In this document: piece after piece, positions 55,852 through 64,000 of the stretch
How positions within the stretch are numbered: position 1 is the stretch's first letter
How the letters are laid out: the number at the start of each line of letters is the position of its first letter
From: an uncultured Actinomycetes bacterium
GTDB lineage: Bacteria; Actinomycetota; Humimicrobiia; Humimicrobiales; Humimicrobiaceae
Length of the DNA: 64,000 nt
Assembly: GCA_963847665.1 (NCBI GenBank)
Contig: CAWKAO010000003.1
Location: forward strand, 638,309-702,308
Reading direction: 5' to 3'
Notes under the pieces: generated by a model
Database searches by the model: none
What the model was told of the DNA's origin: nothing
Seen by the model: only the letters and a program-made list of their open reading frames with translations
Position numbers and translations under genes: made by a program

Positions 55852-55952
55852 CATTTTTTTAACCTTTTAGTTCTTTTTTATTAGTATAATCTCATTATTA
55901 TTTTATATTCATTTGTAATATTTATTCAGGTCAATACTATCGGGAACATAAG

Positions 55953-56852
55953 ATGACTTCTGGGGATAGGTCAATAAAAAGGACATTATTTTCTAAAGTA
56001 AGACTTTTTCTTATTGAAAAAGCAGTATTTATCGCAGGTATCCTGTCCATTATTATCCTGGGGATGATCCTTGCCCTGCTTTTATATAATTCAATAAGGT
56101 TTTTTATTGATTACTCTCCTGTAGACTTTTTCAGTGGCTTGAAATGGTCACCTACAAAGGAGAAGTTTGGTTTTGTACCGCTTATTACAGGCTCCATGCT
56201 GGTCACATTTGCCTCGATAATATTAGCAGTACCACTTGGTCTGGGTGCTGCGATATATATTGGTGAACTTGCCCCCAGGTTTATGAGAGAAATATTAAAA
56301 CCTATTATTGAAATACTTGCCACTATTCCTTCCGTTGTAATAGGATTTATCGGATTAAAGATAATAGCGCCTGTCATTAAAAATATATTCGATCTCCCGA
56401 TCGGGTTGACTGCACTTGCCGGAGCTATCATGCTGGCTTTTATGAGCCTGCCTACCATAATCTCGATTTCGGAAGACGCTATTAATGCTGTACCGGACAG
56501 GTTAAGGCATGCTTCCCTTGCTCTCGGTGCTACAAAATGGGAGACAACAATAGGAGTAGTTATCCCAACAGCATCATCCGGGTTATTAGCTGCTGTTATG
56601 CTTGGACTCGGCAGGATAGTGGGTGAGACTATGACAGTTTTGATGCTCACAGGTAATTCACCAAGGGTCGTCTTTTCGCTTTTACAGCCTGTTAGGACCA
56701 TAACTGCCACAATTGCAGCAGAAATGGGGGAAACTGCCCAGGGAGGCCTTCATTATTCTGCACTTTTTGCAATCGGCCTTATTCTGTTCCTGATAACTTT
56801 TGCAATTAATTATATTGGAGATACTTTTATAAAAAGGATAGGTAATATCTAA
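55953..56852 (+). CDS. pstC: phosphate ABC transporter permease PstC
   Basis: 299 aa, six TM helices. EDAINAVPDRLRHASLALGATKWET is the PstC-type EAA loop. Confidence 0.9.
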   Translation: MTSGDRSIKRTLFSKVRLFLIEKAVFIAGILSIIILGMILALLLYNSIRFFIDYSPVDFFSGLKWSPTKEKFGFVPLITGSMLVTFASIILAVPLGLGAAIYIGELAPRFMREILKPIIEILATIPSVVIGFIGLKIIAPVIKNIFDLPIGLTALAGAIMLAFMSLPTIISISEDAINAVPDRLRHASLALGATKWETTIGVVIPTASSGLLAAVMLGLGRIVGETMTVLMLTGNSPRVVFSLLQPVRTITATIAAEMGETAQGGLHYSALFAIGLILFLITFAINYIGDTFIKRIGNI

Positions 56853-56856
56853 GCTG

Positions 56857-57732
56857 ATGCCTGGAATGAATAGGACAATAAGCATTAGAAGAAAAAGGAT
56901 AAATGAGCGGATAGCTTATGCGTTGCTTCTATTTATCACCCTGATAGTCGTCGCATTTGTGATCGGTATAATTGTATACCTGATAGTAAAAGGTGCGGGC
57001 GCTATCTCGTGGGAATTTCTTTCACAAAAACCCTCTAACGGTATGAGGGAAGGAGGTATTTTCCCTGTTATTCTAGGTACCCTATACCTTATTATCGGTA
57101 CAATAATAATATCCCTGCCAATAGGTATTTTTGCAGCTATATACCTGAATGAATATGCAAGGAAAAACAGGCTTACAAGAATAATCAGGTTATCTATTGT
57201 AAATATGGCAGGAGTACCTTCAGTTGTCTTTGGTCTATTTGGCCTGGCCTTTTTTGTACTGCTTCTTGGTTTTGGCAAGTCCATACTTGCAGGTTCACTT
57301 ACTCTGGCTTTTTTGATCTTACCGGTAATAATCACCTCAACTGAAGAAGCAATAAAAGCTGTACCGGATTCTTACAGGGCAGCTTCTCTTGCTCTTGGCG
57401 CAAATAAATGGCAGACTATCATAAAGGTCATACTGCCGCAGGCTTTTCCAGGAATAATAACAGGCTCGGTTATCGGTATCGGAAGAGCCGCCGGCGAGAC
57501 AGCGCCAATAATGTTTACGGTAGCAGCATTTTCACAGCCCAATCTGCCCAATTCGATCTTCAGCCAGGTAATGGCATTACCGTTTCATCTTTTTACACTG
57601 GCTACCCAGGTGACCAATCCACCGGAAGACAAACAATGGGGCACCGCACTTGTATTGCTTATGCTTGTCTTGTTCTTTGCAATTATCGGCACAGCATTGA
57701 GGACACGTGCAAGACTTAGAAGAAAAGAATAA
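56857..57732 (+). CDS. pstA: phosphate ABC transporter permease PstA
   Basis: 291 aa. EEAIKAVPDSYRAASLALGANKWQT EAA loop, directly downstream of pstC. Confidence 0.9.
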   Translation: MPGMNRTISIRRKRINERIAYALLLFITLIVVAFVIGIIVYLIVKGAGAISWEFLSQKPSNGMREGGIFPVILGTLYLIIGTIIISLPIGIFAAIYLNEYARKNRLTRIIRLSIVNMAGVPSVVFGLFGLAFFVLLLGFGKSILAGSLTLAFLILPVIITSTEEAIKAVPDSYRAASLALGANKWQTIIKVILPQAFPGIITGSVIGIGRAAGETAPIMFTVAAFSQPNLPNSIFSQVMALPFHLFTLATQVTNPPEDKQWGTALVLLMLVLFFAIIGTALRTRARLRRKE

Positions 57733-57817
57733 ACCTTTAGTGTATGGATAAAAAATTAATTTTTTATTATATTGGTATTGTAGAAATTAAAATTCAGATC
57801 TAGATCAGGTGGTATAA

Positions 57818-58489
57818 ATGAGAAAGACGTTTCATGAAAAGCTGGACGAATTGAACGAAGAATTGATAATGATGGGCAGTCTTGTACAGGATGCTGTAAA
57901 TAAATCTATAAATGCTCTCTTAAACGAAGACACTGAAATGGCACAGGATGTAATTGAGGGAGACACAAAGATAGATGATTATGATATAAAGATTGAAGAA
58001 AATTGTATGTATGTCCAGGCTGAACACCAACCTGTAGCAAAAGATCTAAGGCTGATACATAGTATGTATATAATTGTGATCTATCTTGAAAGGATAGGGG
58101 ATATATGCGTAAGTATTTCAAAGCTGACAAAAAGGCTTTACTTAAAAGAAAAAAAGCATATCAATAAGGAAATACTCGACATCATAAATGAAATGGGTAA
58201 TGTGGTTAAATCAATACTTGATAAAGCATTAAAAGCTTTTAAAAATAAGGATGCAAAGCTTGCTTCAAAATTGGATAAGATCGATGATACAATAGATGAT
58301 CTCCAGAAAACGATTTATCATTTAATTTACTCCATCCATTCAAAAGATGAGAACTATATAAGGCTTGTAACGAACATCTCATTATTGACCAGATACCTTG
58401 AAAGAATCGGGGATAATTCAGTAAATATAGGTGACAGGGTAGTATACTATTTGACGGGAGATTTTGGTGCTATTCATAGCGAAGGATAG
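57818..58489 (+). CDS. phoU: phosphate signalling complex protein PhoU
   Basis: 223 aa with two PhoU repeats (each with an ERIGD motif: YLERIGDICV and YLERIGDNSV). Confidence 0.9.
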   Translation: MRKTFHEKLDELNEELIMMGSLVQDAVNKSINALLNEDTEMAQDVIEGDTKIDDYDIKIEENCMYVQAEHQPVAKDLRLIHSMYIIVIYLERIGDICVSISKLTKRLYLKEKKHINKEILDIINEMGNVVKSILDKALKAFKNKDAKLASKLDKIDDTIDDLQKTIYHLIYSIHSKDENYIRLVTNISLLTRYLERIGDNSVNIGDRVVYYLTGDFGAIHSEG

Positions 58490-58559
58490 GCGTTATAATA
58501 ACTATTACTATTTGACTGTATTACTGTTTTTTATTGAAAGGATTTAAAAGGAGGCTAAA

Positions 58560-59069
58560 ATGCTAAAAGATAACAGTAAAAAAACACTGGAGAACTTAAA
58601 GGAAGCTTTTGCAGGTGAGTCACAGGCTAACAGAAAATATCTTGCTTTTGCAGCTAAGGCTGATCAGGAGGGGTATCCGCAGATAGCCAGATTATTCAGG
58701 GCAGCTGCAGATGCAGAAACAATCCATGCGCATGCACATCTTCGTGCGATGGGAGGGATAAAAGATACAAAGGAAAACCTGATGGCGGCAGTCGGTGGTG
58801 AGACCTTTGAGTTTAAAAACATGTACCCGGCTATGATCGAGCAGGCTACTGCAGATAGTGAAGATGAAGCACAGAATAGCTTTATGAATGCAAACGCAGT
58901 GGAGCAGGTACACGCAGCCCTTTACCAGAAATATCTGGACAACATCGGTAATGTCCCGGCAACAGAAATATATGTTTGCCAGATATGCGGAAATACTGTT
59001 GAAGGTGCACCACCTGATGTGTGCCCGGTATGTGCATCACCAAGTTCAAAATTTAAAAAAATCGATTAA
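58560..59069 (+). CDS. rbr: rubrerythrin
   Basis: N-terminal diiron four-helix motifs (ExxH twice) and C-terminal rubredoxin-like CQICGN...CPVC. Confidence 0.9.
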   Translation: MLKDNSKKTLENLKEAFAGESQANRKYLAFAAKADQEGYPQIARLFRAAADAETIHAHAHLRAMGGIKDTKENLMAAVGGETFEFKNMYPAMIEQATADSEDEAQNSFMNANAVEQVHAALYQKYLDNIGNVPATEIYVCQICGNTVEGAPPDVCPVCASPSSKFKKID

Positions 59070-59138
59070 TTTAAGGCCACATAAGAAAATAATCAATATA
59101 AGTCTATTAAGACAAAAATTGCCTTAAAATTTATAAAT

Positions 59139-59188
59139 AAAGCTGGTTCCTGTTATAATTTAAAAAATCAGGGATCAGCTTTTTATTT
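59139..59188 (+). terminator. rho-independent terminator after rubrerythrin
   Basis: 14-bp stem AAAGCUGGUUCCUG / CAGGGAUCAGCUUU (two G-U pairs) followed by TTTTTATTT. Confidence 0.7.
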
Positions 59189-59235
59189 AAGATACAGGAC
59201 CTATTTGTTTAAACCCATTATTTTGATTTTAAATA

Positions 59236-60114
59236 ATGAAAGATGGAATAAAAAAAGGTGGTAATGCAGGCAGTGCAGTCGGTGGAACACTATTTGTATG
59301 TGCAACTCCGATCGGCAATCTAAGTGATGCAAGCTTTCGTTTGATCGAGACACTAAAAAAAGTCGATATTATAGTTGCTGAAGATACAAGGACTGTAAGA
59401 AAGATCCTATCAAGGTATGAGATATCCCGGGCATCCGGAAGCATTATCAGTTACCAGGACCATTCAGGCAAGAAAAAGTCAGACAAAATTTTACAAAGCC
59501 TTAAAGAAGGGTTGTCTGTTGCGCTGGTCTCAGAGTCAGGACTTCCTGTGATCCAGGACCCCGGTTATAAGTTACTTGTCCAGTGCATTTCTGAAAATAT
59601 TGGTATGACAGTTATCCCCGGTCCAAATGCTGCGCTGAGCGGCCTCTTATTATCCGGTCTACCTGCAGACAGTTTTCTTTTTGCAGGATTTCTTCCAAAG
59701 GCAACATCAAAACGGCTTGATAAATTATCCGAATTGTCTTTTTTGCCATATACACTAATATTTTATGAATCACCGCGCAGGATAAAAGGATTGCTTGATG
59801 ATATCCTTACAAAAATGGGAGACAGACAGGCCTGTATTGCGCGCGAGATGACAAAATTATTTGAAGAAGCCATCCGTGGCAGCATTTCAGAGATCATAAG
59901 TAAAATAGAAGGAAGAGAGTTAAAAGGTGAAGTTGTACTGGTGGTCGAGGGCCATCAAAAAGAACTTATAAGTGATTTTACAGAGAAAGATATAGAAAAA
60001 GAGTTATTAAAGCTTCTTGGGAATAATATTCCTAAAAAGAGCGCATTAAAGATCATTAAGTCAAGATATGAAATAGACAGACAAAAATTGTATAATATTG
60101 CAACCAGATTTTAA
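59236..60114 (+). CDS. rsmI: 16S rRNA (cytidine1402-2'-O)-methyltransferase
   Basis: LFVCATPIGNLSD N-terminus of tetrapyrrole-methylase-fold RsmI. 292 aa. Conserved rsmI-metG-tatD-rsmA context. Confidence 0.85.
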   Translation: MKDGIKKGGNAGSAVGGTLFVCATPIGNLSDASFRLIETLKKVDIIVAEDTRTVRKILSRYEISRASGSIISYQDHSGKKKSDKILQSLKEGLSVALVSESGLPVIQDPGYKLLVQCISENIGMTVIPGPNAALSGLLLSGLPADSFLFAGFLPKATSKRLDKLSELSFLPYTLIFYESPRRIKGLLDDILTKMGDRQACIAREMTKLFEEAIRGSISEIISKIEGRELKGEVVLVVEGHQKELISDFTEKDIEKELLKLLGNNIPKKSALKIIKSRYEIDRQKLYNIATRF

Positions 60115-60139
60115 AATCTCCATATAAAAAAGAGGGGTT

Positions 60140-61681
60140 ATGGATAAAAAGAAATTCTATATTACAACAGCTATTCCCTACATGAATGCCAAACTGCATC
60201 TTGGCCAGGTATATGAGTTTATACTTGTCGATGTGATGGCACGATATAAAAGGATGATGGGTTTTGACACCTACTTTCTTACAGGATCTGATGAGCATGG
60301 ACAGAAGATCTATAAAAGTGCGGAATCCAGGGGAGTATCACCCCAGGAATATGTGGACCAGATGGTCGGTGACATGAAAAGAATACTGACTCTTTATAAT
60401 ATCAGTAACTCTGAATTCATAAGGACCACCGACAAAGAACATGAGAAAGCTGTCCAGAACATACTGTTTATGCTTAAGGAAAACGGTGATATTTATAAAA
60501 GTACATATGAAGGCTGGTATTGCACTATAGACGAGAACTTCCTGCTTGATTCCCAGCTTGTGGAAGGAAAATGCCCTCAATGCTCCAGGGAAGTCGAAAA
60601 AATAAAAGAAGATAACTATTTTTTCAAGCTTTCGAAATACCAGGATAAGCTCATAGAGCATATTGAAAAAAATCCTGATTTTATTATTCCTGAAACAAGA
60701 AGAAATGAGGTGCTCGGGCTTTTAAAGCAGGGGCTCAAGGACATCAGTATATCAAGGACATCCGTGACCTGGGGGGTACCCATTCCCTTTGACTCTGGAC
60801 ATTATAGTTATGTATGGGTAGATGCTCTAATAAATTATATATCGGCCCTTGGTTACAGCCTGGGGGATGACAGATTATTTTCAAAGTACTGGCCTGCCGA
60901 CCAGCATCACATAGGCAAGGATATCCTCAAGTTTCATGCTGTCATATGGCCCGCACTCCTTATGTCAATAGGAGTCGAGATACCAAGGCATATTGCGGTA
61001 CATGGCTGGATAATGAAGGGGGAAGAAAAGCTATCAAAATCTAAAGGCATTACCCTTGATCCTGATGAGATGGCTCTGAACTATGGATCTGATGCGATAA
61101 GATACTTTTTCACAAGAGAGATCTCTTTCGGGCTCGACGGCTCTTTTACTGAAGAGGCAATGAAGAAAAGATATAATGCAGATCTCAGTAACGATTTTGG
61201 GAACCTTGTTTCAAGATCGGTTGCAATGATAGGAAAATACCGCGATGATGTAATTCCAGTGAAAACACCTGGAGACTCTGGGCTGAAGACGAAATGGGAA
61301 AAAACAAAGGCCGATACTATAAAGTCAATAAATGATATTAATTATTCTGAGGCACTCGCTGCAATATGGGATTTCATAAATGCAGCAAATAAGTATATTG
61401 AAGACAGCAGACCCTGGGAACTGGCCCGCAGTACAGATACAGGTGACGTCACAAGGCTTGATGATGTACTTTACAGTCTCGCTGAATCGATCAGGCTTTC
61501 AGCAATACTTGTCTTCCCGTTTATGCCCTGGGTGTGCCAGAAAATATTTGACCAGCTTGGAATAGAAAAAAAACTTGACGATATTACAATTGAAGAGTAT
61601 AGCAATTGGGGTGATTTTACCGGTGGGACCAGGATCGGCAAGAGGGAGATATTATTTCCCAGAATAGAAGACGAAAAATAG
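60140..61681 (+). CDS. metG: methionine--tRNA ligase (short form without C-terminal tRNA-binding domain)
   Basis: Class I motifs PYMNAKLHLGQ (HIGH-like) and KLSKSKG (KMSKS), Cys knuckle CPQC. 513 aa. Confidence 0.95.
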   Translation: MDKKKFYITTAIPYMNAKLHLGQVYEFILVDVMARYKRMMGFDTYFLTGSDEHGQKIYKSAESRGVSPQEYVDQMVGDMKRILTLYNISNSEFIRTTDKEHEKAVQNILFMLKENGDIYKSTYEGWYCTIDENFLLDSQLVEGKCPQCSREVEKIKEDNYFFKLSKYQDKLIEHIEKNPDFIIPETRRNEVLGLLKQGLKDISISRTSVTWGVPIPFDSGHYSYVWVDALINYISALGYSLGDDRLFSKYWPADQHHIGKDILKFHAVIWPALLMSIGVEIPRHIAVHGWIMKGEEKLSKSKGITLDPDEMALNYGSDAIRYFFTREISFGLDGSFTEEAMKKRYNADLSNDFGNLVSRSVAMIGKYRDDVIPVKTPGDSGLKTKWEKTKADTIKSINDINYSEALAAIWDFINAANKYIEDSRPWELARSTDTGDVTRLDDVLYSLAESIRLSAILVFPFMPWVCQKIFDQLGIEKKLDDITIEEYSNWGDFTGGTRIGKREILFPRIEDEK

Positions 61682-61693
61682 GGTAAAAATAAC

Positions 61694-62485
61694 ATGGAAA
61701 CAAAACAGGACTTCTATTTTATAGATACCCATGCACACCTTGATATGCTCAAACAAATGACCCCGGATTTTGCTGTGGAAGAATCAATAAAAGAGGGTGT
61801 GAAATACATAATCAATATAGGTTCCAGCCTCTCGGGCAGTAGAAAAGCCGCAGAATATTCAGGATTATATCCAAATGTTTTCGCATCTGCAGGTATACAC
61901 CCTCACGATGTAGAGGGGTTTAGCGATCACGATATAAGTTTGTTAAGACAGATCATTAATGAGAATGAAAAAATCGTAGCTGTAGGTGAAATAGGCTTCG
62001 ACTATTTCAGGAATCTAAGCCCCAGGGAAGACCAGAAAAAAGCATTTATTTCCCAGATAGAGCTGGCACTGCAAAACGATCTTCCTGTGGTGATCCATGA
62101 CAGGGAAGCTCATGACGATACTCTTGAAATCTTAAAGTCATATGCTGCTGATAAAAAATTCAGGGCCGTCATACATTGCTTCTCAGGAAGTACTGGATTT
62201 GCACTGGAATGCATTGAGCTCGGCTTTCATATTTCTTTTACCGGGGTCATAACCTTTCCCAATGCAAAAGCCCTTTCAGAGACAGTCAGGGAAGTACCTA
62301 TTGAAAGGATGTTTCTTGAAACTGATGCACCTTTTCTTGCGCCTCAGCAGAAAAGGGGGCAGGAGAATTATCCAGGTTTTGTCAAATTCATTGCATCAAG
62401 GATCGCAGAAATAAAGGATATCAGTATTGAGGAGGTAGCAAAGACTACATCCCGGAATGCTGTGAAATTTTTTGATCTAAAATAA
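61694..62485 (+). CDS. TatD family hydrolase
   Basis: FIDTHAHLD start and conserved His/Asp/Glu pattern (GEIGFDY, VIHDREA, ETDAPF). Confidence 0.9.
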   Translation: METKQDFYFIDTHAHLDMLKQMTPDFAVEESIKEGVKYIINIGSSLSGSRKAAEYSGLYPNVFASAGIHPHDVEGFSDHDISLLRQIINENEKIVAVGEIGFDYFRNLSPREDQKKAFISQIELALQNDLPVVIHDREAHDDTLEILKSYAADKKFRAVIHCFSGSTGFALECIELGFHISFTGVITFPNAKALSETVREVPIERMFLETDAPFLAPQQKRGQENYPGFVKFIASRIAEIKDISIEEVAKTTSRNAVKFFDLK

Positions 62486-63411
62486 TGTCTAAAGAAAAAC
62501 CAAAAATAATACAATACTCAATTAAAAAAAATCTGCAAAATCACAACTATATAAGCTCTCCTGGCAACACTGTAAAGATACTTAAAAAATACGGCATAAA
62601 GTTAAAGAAAAGTCTTGGCCAGAATTTCTTGATAGATACAAATATACTTAAAAAGATCGTCCGTTCTGCGCAGCTTAAAAAAGACGAATCTATAATAGAG
62701 ATAGGATGTGGCATAGGTTCACTTACAGATATACTAGTTCAAACAGTAAAAAAGATCATCTGCATCGAAATAGACCGGGATCTGAGCATTGCTTTTAAGG
62801 ATGTTTTCAGTGATAAGATCGGGGGGCAGATAAGCCTTGTAGAAGCTGATGCCATGAAGATAGATTACAAAGATATCTCGGAAAAAAATAGTATTAAAAA
62901 AATAGTCTCCAACCTGCCCTATAAAATAGCGGCACCATTGATCCTAAAAATACTGCTTAAGGCAGAAAATATAGAAAAGATGTATTTTACGATTCAGAAA
63001 GATATTGCAGCAAGATTAATGGCGGGACCTGGTGATAGCAATTACAATGCTTATTCAGTAAAAACCAGCTATCTTGCTGAATTTAAGACAGTTTTTCCTA
63101 TTTCAAGAAGCTGTTTTATACCAGTCCCTCACGTAGACTCAGTTTTTATTGAGATCCATAAAAAGAAAGTGACCAAAAAAAAGACAAACAATATTGATAT
63201 TGAAGATTTCTTTAATTTTATAGATGCATGTTTTTTACACAGAAGAAAGAAAATGATAAATTCTATTCAAAATTCGGGCAGGGCATCTTTAGTTGACAAA
63301 ATAGATTTAATAGTTAAAATGCTACATGGTATCGGAAAAGACACTTCTGTAAGAGCTGAAAGTCTGGCTTTAAGCGATTACATAAATTTATATTTGTCTT
63401 TAAAAAAATAA
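62485..63411 (+). CDS. rsmA: 16S rRNA (adenine1518-N6/adenine1519-N6)-dimethyltransferase
   Basis: LGQNFLID, EIGCGIGSLT (SAM motif) and SNLPYKIA motifs of KsgA/RsmA. Confidence 0.9.
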   Translation: MSKEKPKIIQYSIKKNLQNHNYISSPGNTVKILKKYGIKLKKSLGQNFLIDTNILKKIVRSAQLKKDESIIEIGCGIGSLTDILVQTVKKIICIEIDRDLSIAFKDVFSDKIGGQISLVEADAMKIDYKDISEKNSIKKIVSNLPYKIAAPLILKILLKAENIEKMYFTIQKDIAARLMAGPGDSNYNAYSVKTSYLAEFKTVFPISRSCFIPVPHVDSVFIEIHKKKVTKKKTNNIDIEDFFNFIDACFLHRRKKMINSIQNSGRASLVDKIDLIVKMLHGIGKDTSVRAESLALSDYINLYLSLKK

Positions 63412-63412
63412 T

Positions 63413-64000
63413 ATGACGAGTAATAAAAAACTATCCATTAGTTCTGCTGCAAAGATAAATCTTTATTTAAATGTATCCAAAATCTTAAGACCTGACGGCT
63501 ACCATGAAATAAAGTCGATCATGCAGAGTGTCAGCCTTTCTGATGAACTTCATTTTGAAGTAAATACCAATTCCGGTCATCAAGAAAACCCTGACAATGG
63601 TAATGGTATTTCGATATCATGCAATAATATGGAGATACCCTTGAATGAAAAAAATCTTGTACACAAAGCGGCGCTACTGATGCTTAGAAATTTTGGACTT
63701 ATGGATCAATATAGAATAAAAATCAATATAAACAAAAGTATTCCGATCGGTGCCGGGCTGGCAGGCGGAAGCACCAATGCTGCAGCCACGATAGTTGCCA
63801 TAAATGAGCTCTTTGATCTAAAGTTATCTGATGAAGATATGAAAAAACTCGGAGGTGAAGTAGGGTCTGATGTACCATTTTGTATAGAGGGAGGTACAGC
63901 TCTAGTAGAAGGTAGAGGAGAAAAAATATCCAGGCTCCCGGCTCTTCCCTTTTACTGGGTTATAATCGCAATAAATGGAAAAAAGTTTTTATCAGGAGAT
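63413..64000 (+). CDS. ispE: 4-(cytidine 5'-diphospho)-2-C-methyl-D-erythritol kinase (3' end outside window)
   Basis: ATG at 63413, open to the window edge. AKINLYLNV...RPDGYHEI and the GHMP motif PIGAGLAGGSTNAAA. Confidence 0.85.
   Translation, partial: MTSNKKLSISSAAKINLYLNVSKILRPDGYHEIKSIMQSVSLSDELHFEVNTNSGHQENPDNGNGISISCNNMEIPLNEKNLVHKAALLMLRNFGLMDQYRIKININKSIPIGAGLAGGSTNAAATIVAINELFDLKLSDEDMKKLGGEVGSDVPFCIEGGTALVEGRGEKISRLPALPFYWVIIAINGKKFLSGD

Noticed and set aside
56111-56710. 199-aa ORF antisense to pstC.
   Set aside because: This is a shadow of a conserved permease gene. It has no start context and its composition is that of the antisense of a hydrophobic gene.
1-64000. Mobile elements, prophage, defence islands, rRNA.
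   Set aside because: No transposase, integrase, recombinase, phage structural or restriction/defence-like ORFs, and no rRNA-like sequence, were recognised anywhere in the window.

Overview
Visibly AT-rich bacterial chromosomal window, about 60 genes, densely coded. The right-hand gene order (rsmI-metG-tatD-rsmA-ispE) is Firmicutes-like, and butyrate kinase and rubrerythrin point to an anaerobe. No transposase, integrase, CRISPR array or rRNA was seen.

Layout:
- 1-15.2 kb: plus-strand accessory catabolic island. It holds two Gfo/Idh/MocA oxidoreductases, a NagB-like and a NagA-like enzyme, a URO-D-family protein, an EamA transporter, a NitT/TauT-type ABC importer, a TIM-barrel sugar isomerase, a VOC protein, and M24, M20 and amidohydrolase enzymes. 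Two adjacent genes are frameshifted.
- 15.2-20.8 kb (minus strand): cyclase-like protein, Fe-S aldo/keto reductase, and an asymmetric heterodimeric ABC exporter.
- 21.1-26.2 kb: the most unusual locus. It encodes an ECF sigma factor, a DUF5667-type anti-sigma, a membrane-anchored protein, an ApbE flavin transferase with no room for a signal peptide, and an RnfD/NqrB-like membrane domain fused to an FNR-type NAD(P)H/FAD reductase. The membrane-anchored protein has one FMN_bind domain, five exactly 27-residue-spaced copies of the ApbE flavinylation motif, and a perfect (EHDSDD)x5 tail. I read this as a candidate sigma-gated extracytosolic multi-flavin electron conduit.
- 26.4-40.3 kb: UPF0316 protein, butyrate kinase, pspA plus a doubly anchored membrane partner, then M20 peptidase, BCAT, a second URO-D paralogue, 2-oxoacid dehydrogenase E1 alpha/beta with only an orphan 76-aa lipoyl domain, an MBL hydrolase, tRNA-Val(GAC) with an odd C33, an SDR, xylulokinase and an aminotransferase.
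- 40.4-41.7 kb: a lipoprotein EEP (sphingomyelinase-like) gene broken by at least 4 frameshifts.
- 41.9-47.9 kb: MerR/HspR-like regulator, dnaK, a zinc-finger-less J-protein and clpB, with no grpE.
- 47.9-64 kb: plsC-like gene, Mut7-C, an M50/CBS protease, and a scattered Pho regulon (pstS ... five tRNAs ... phoR-like kinase, regulator, pstC, pstA, phoU) with no pstB. Housekeeping genes run to the window edge.
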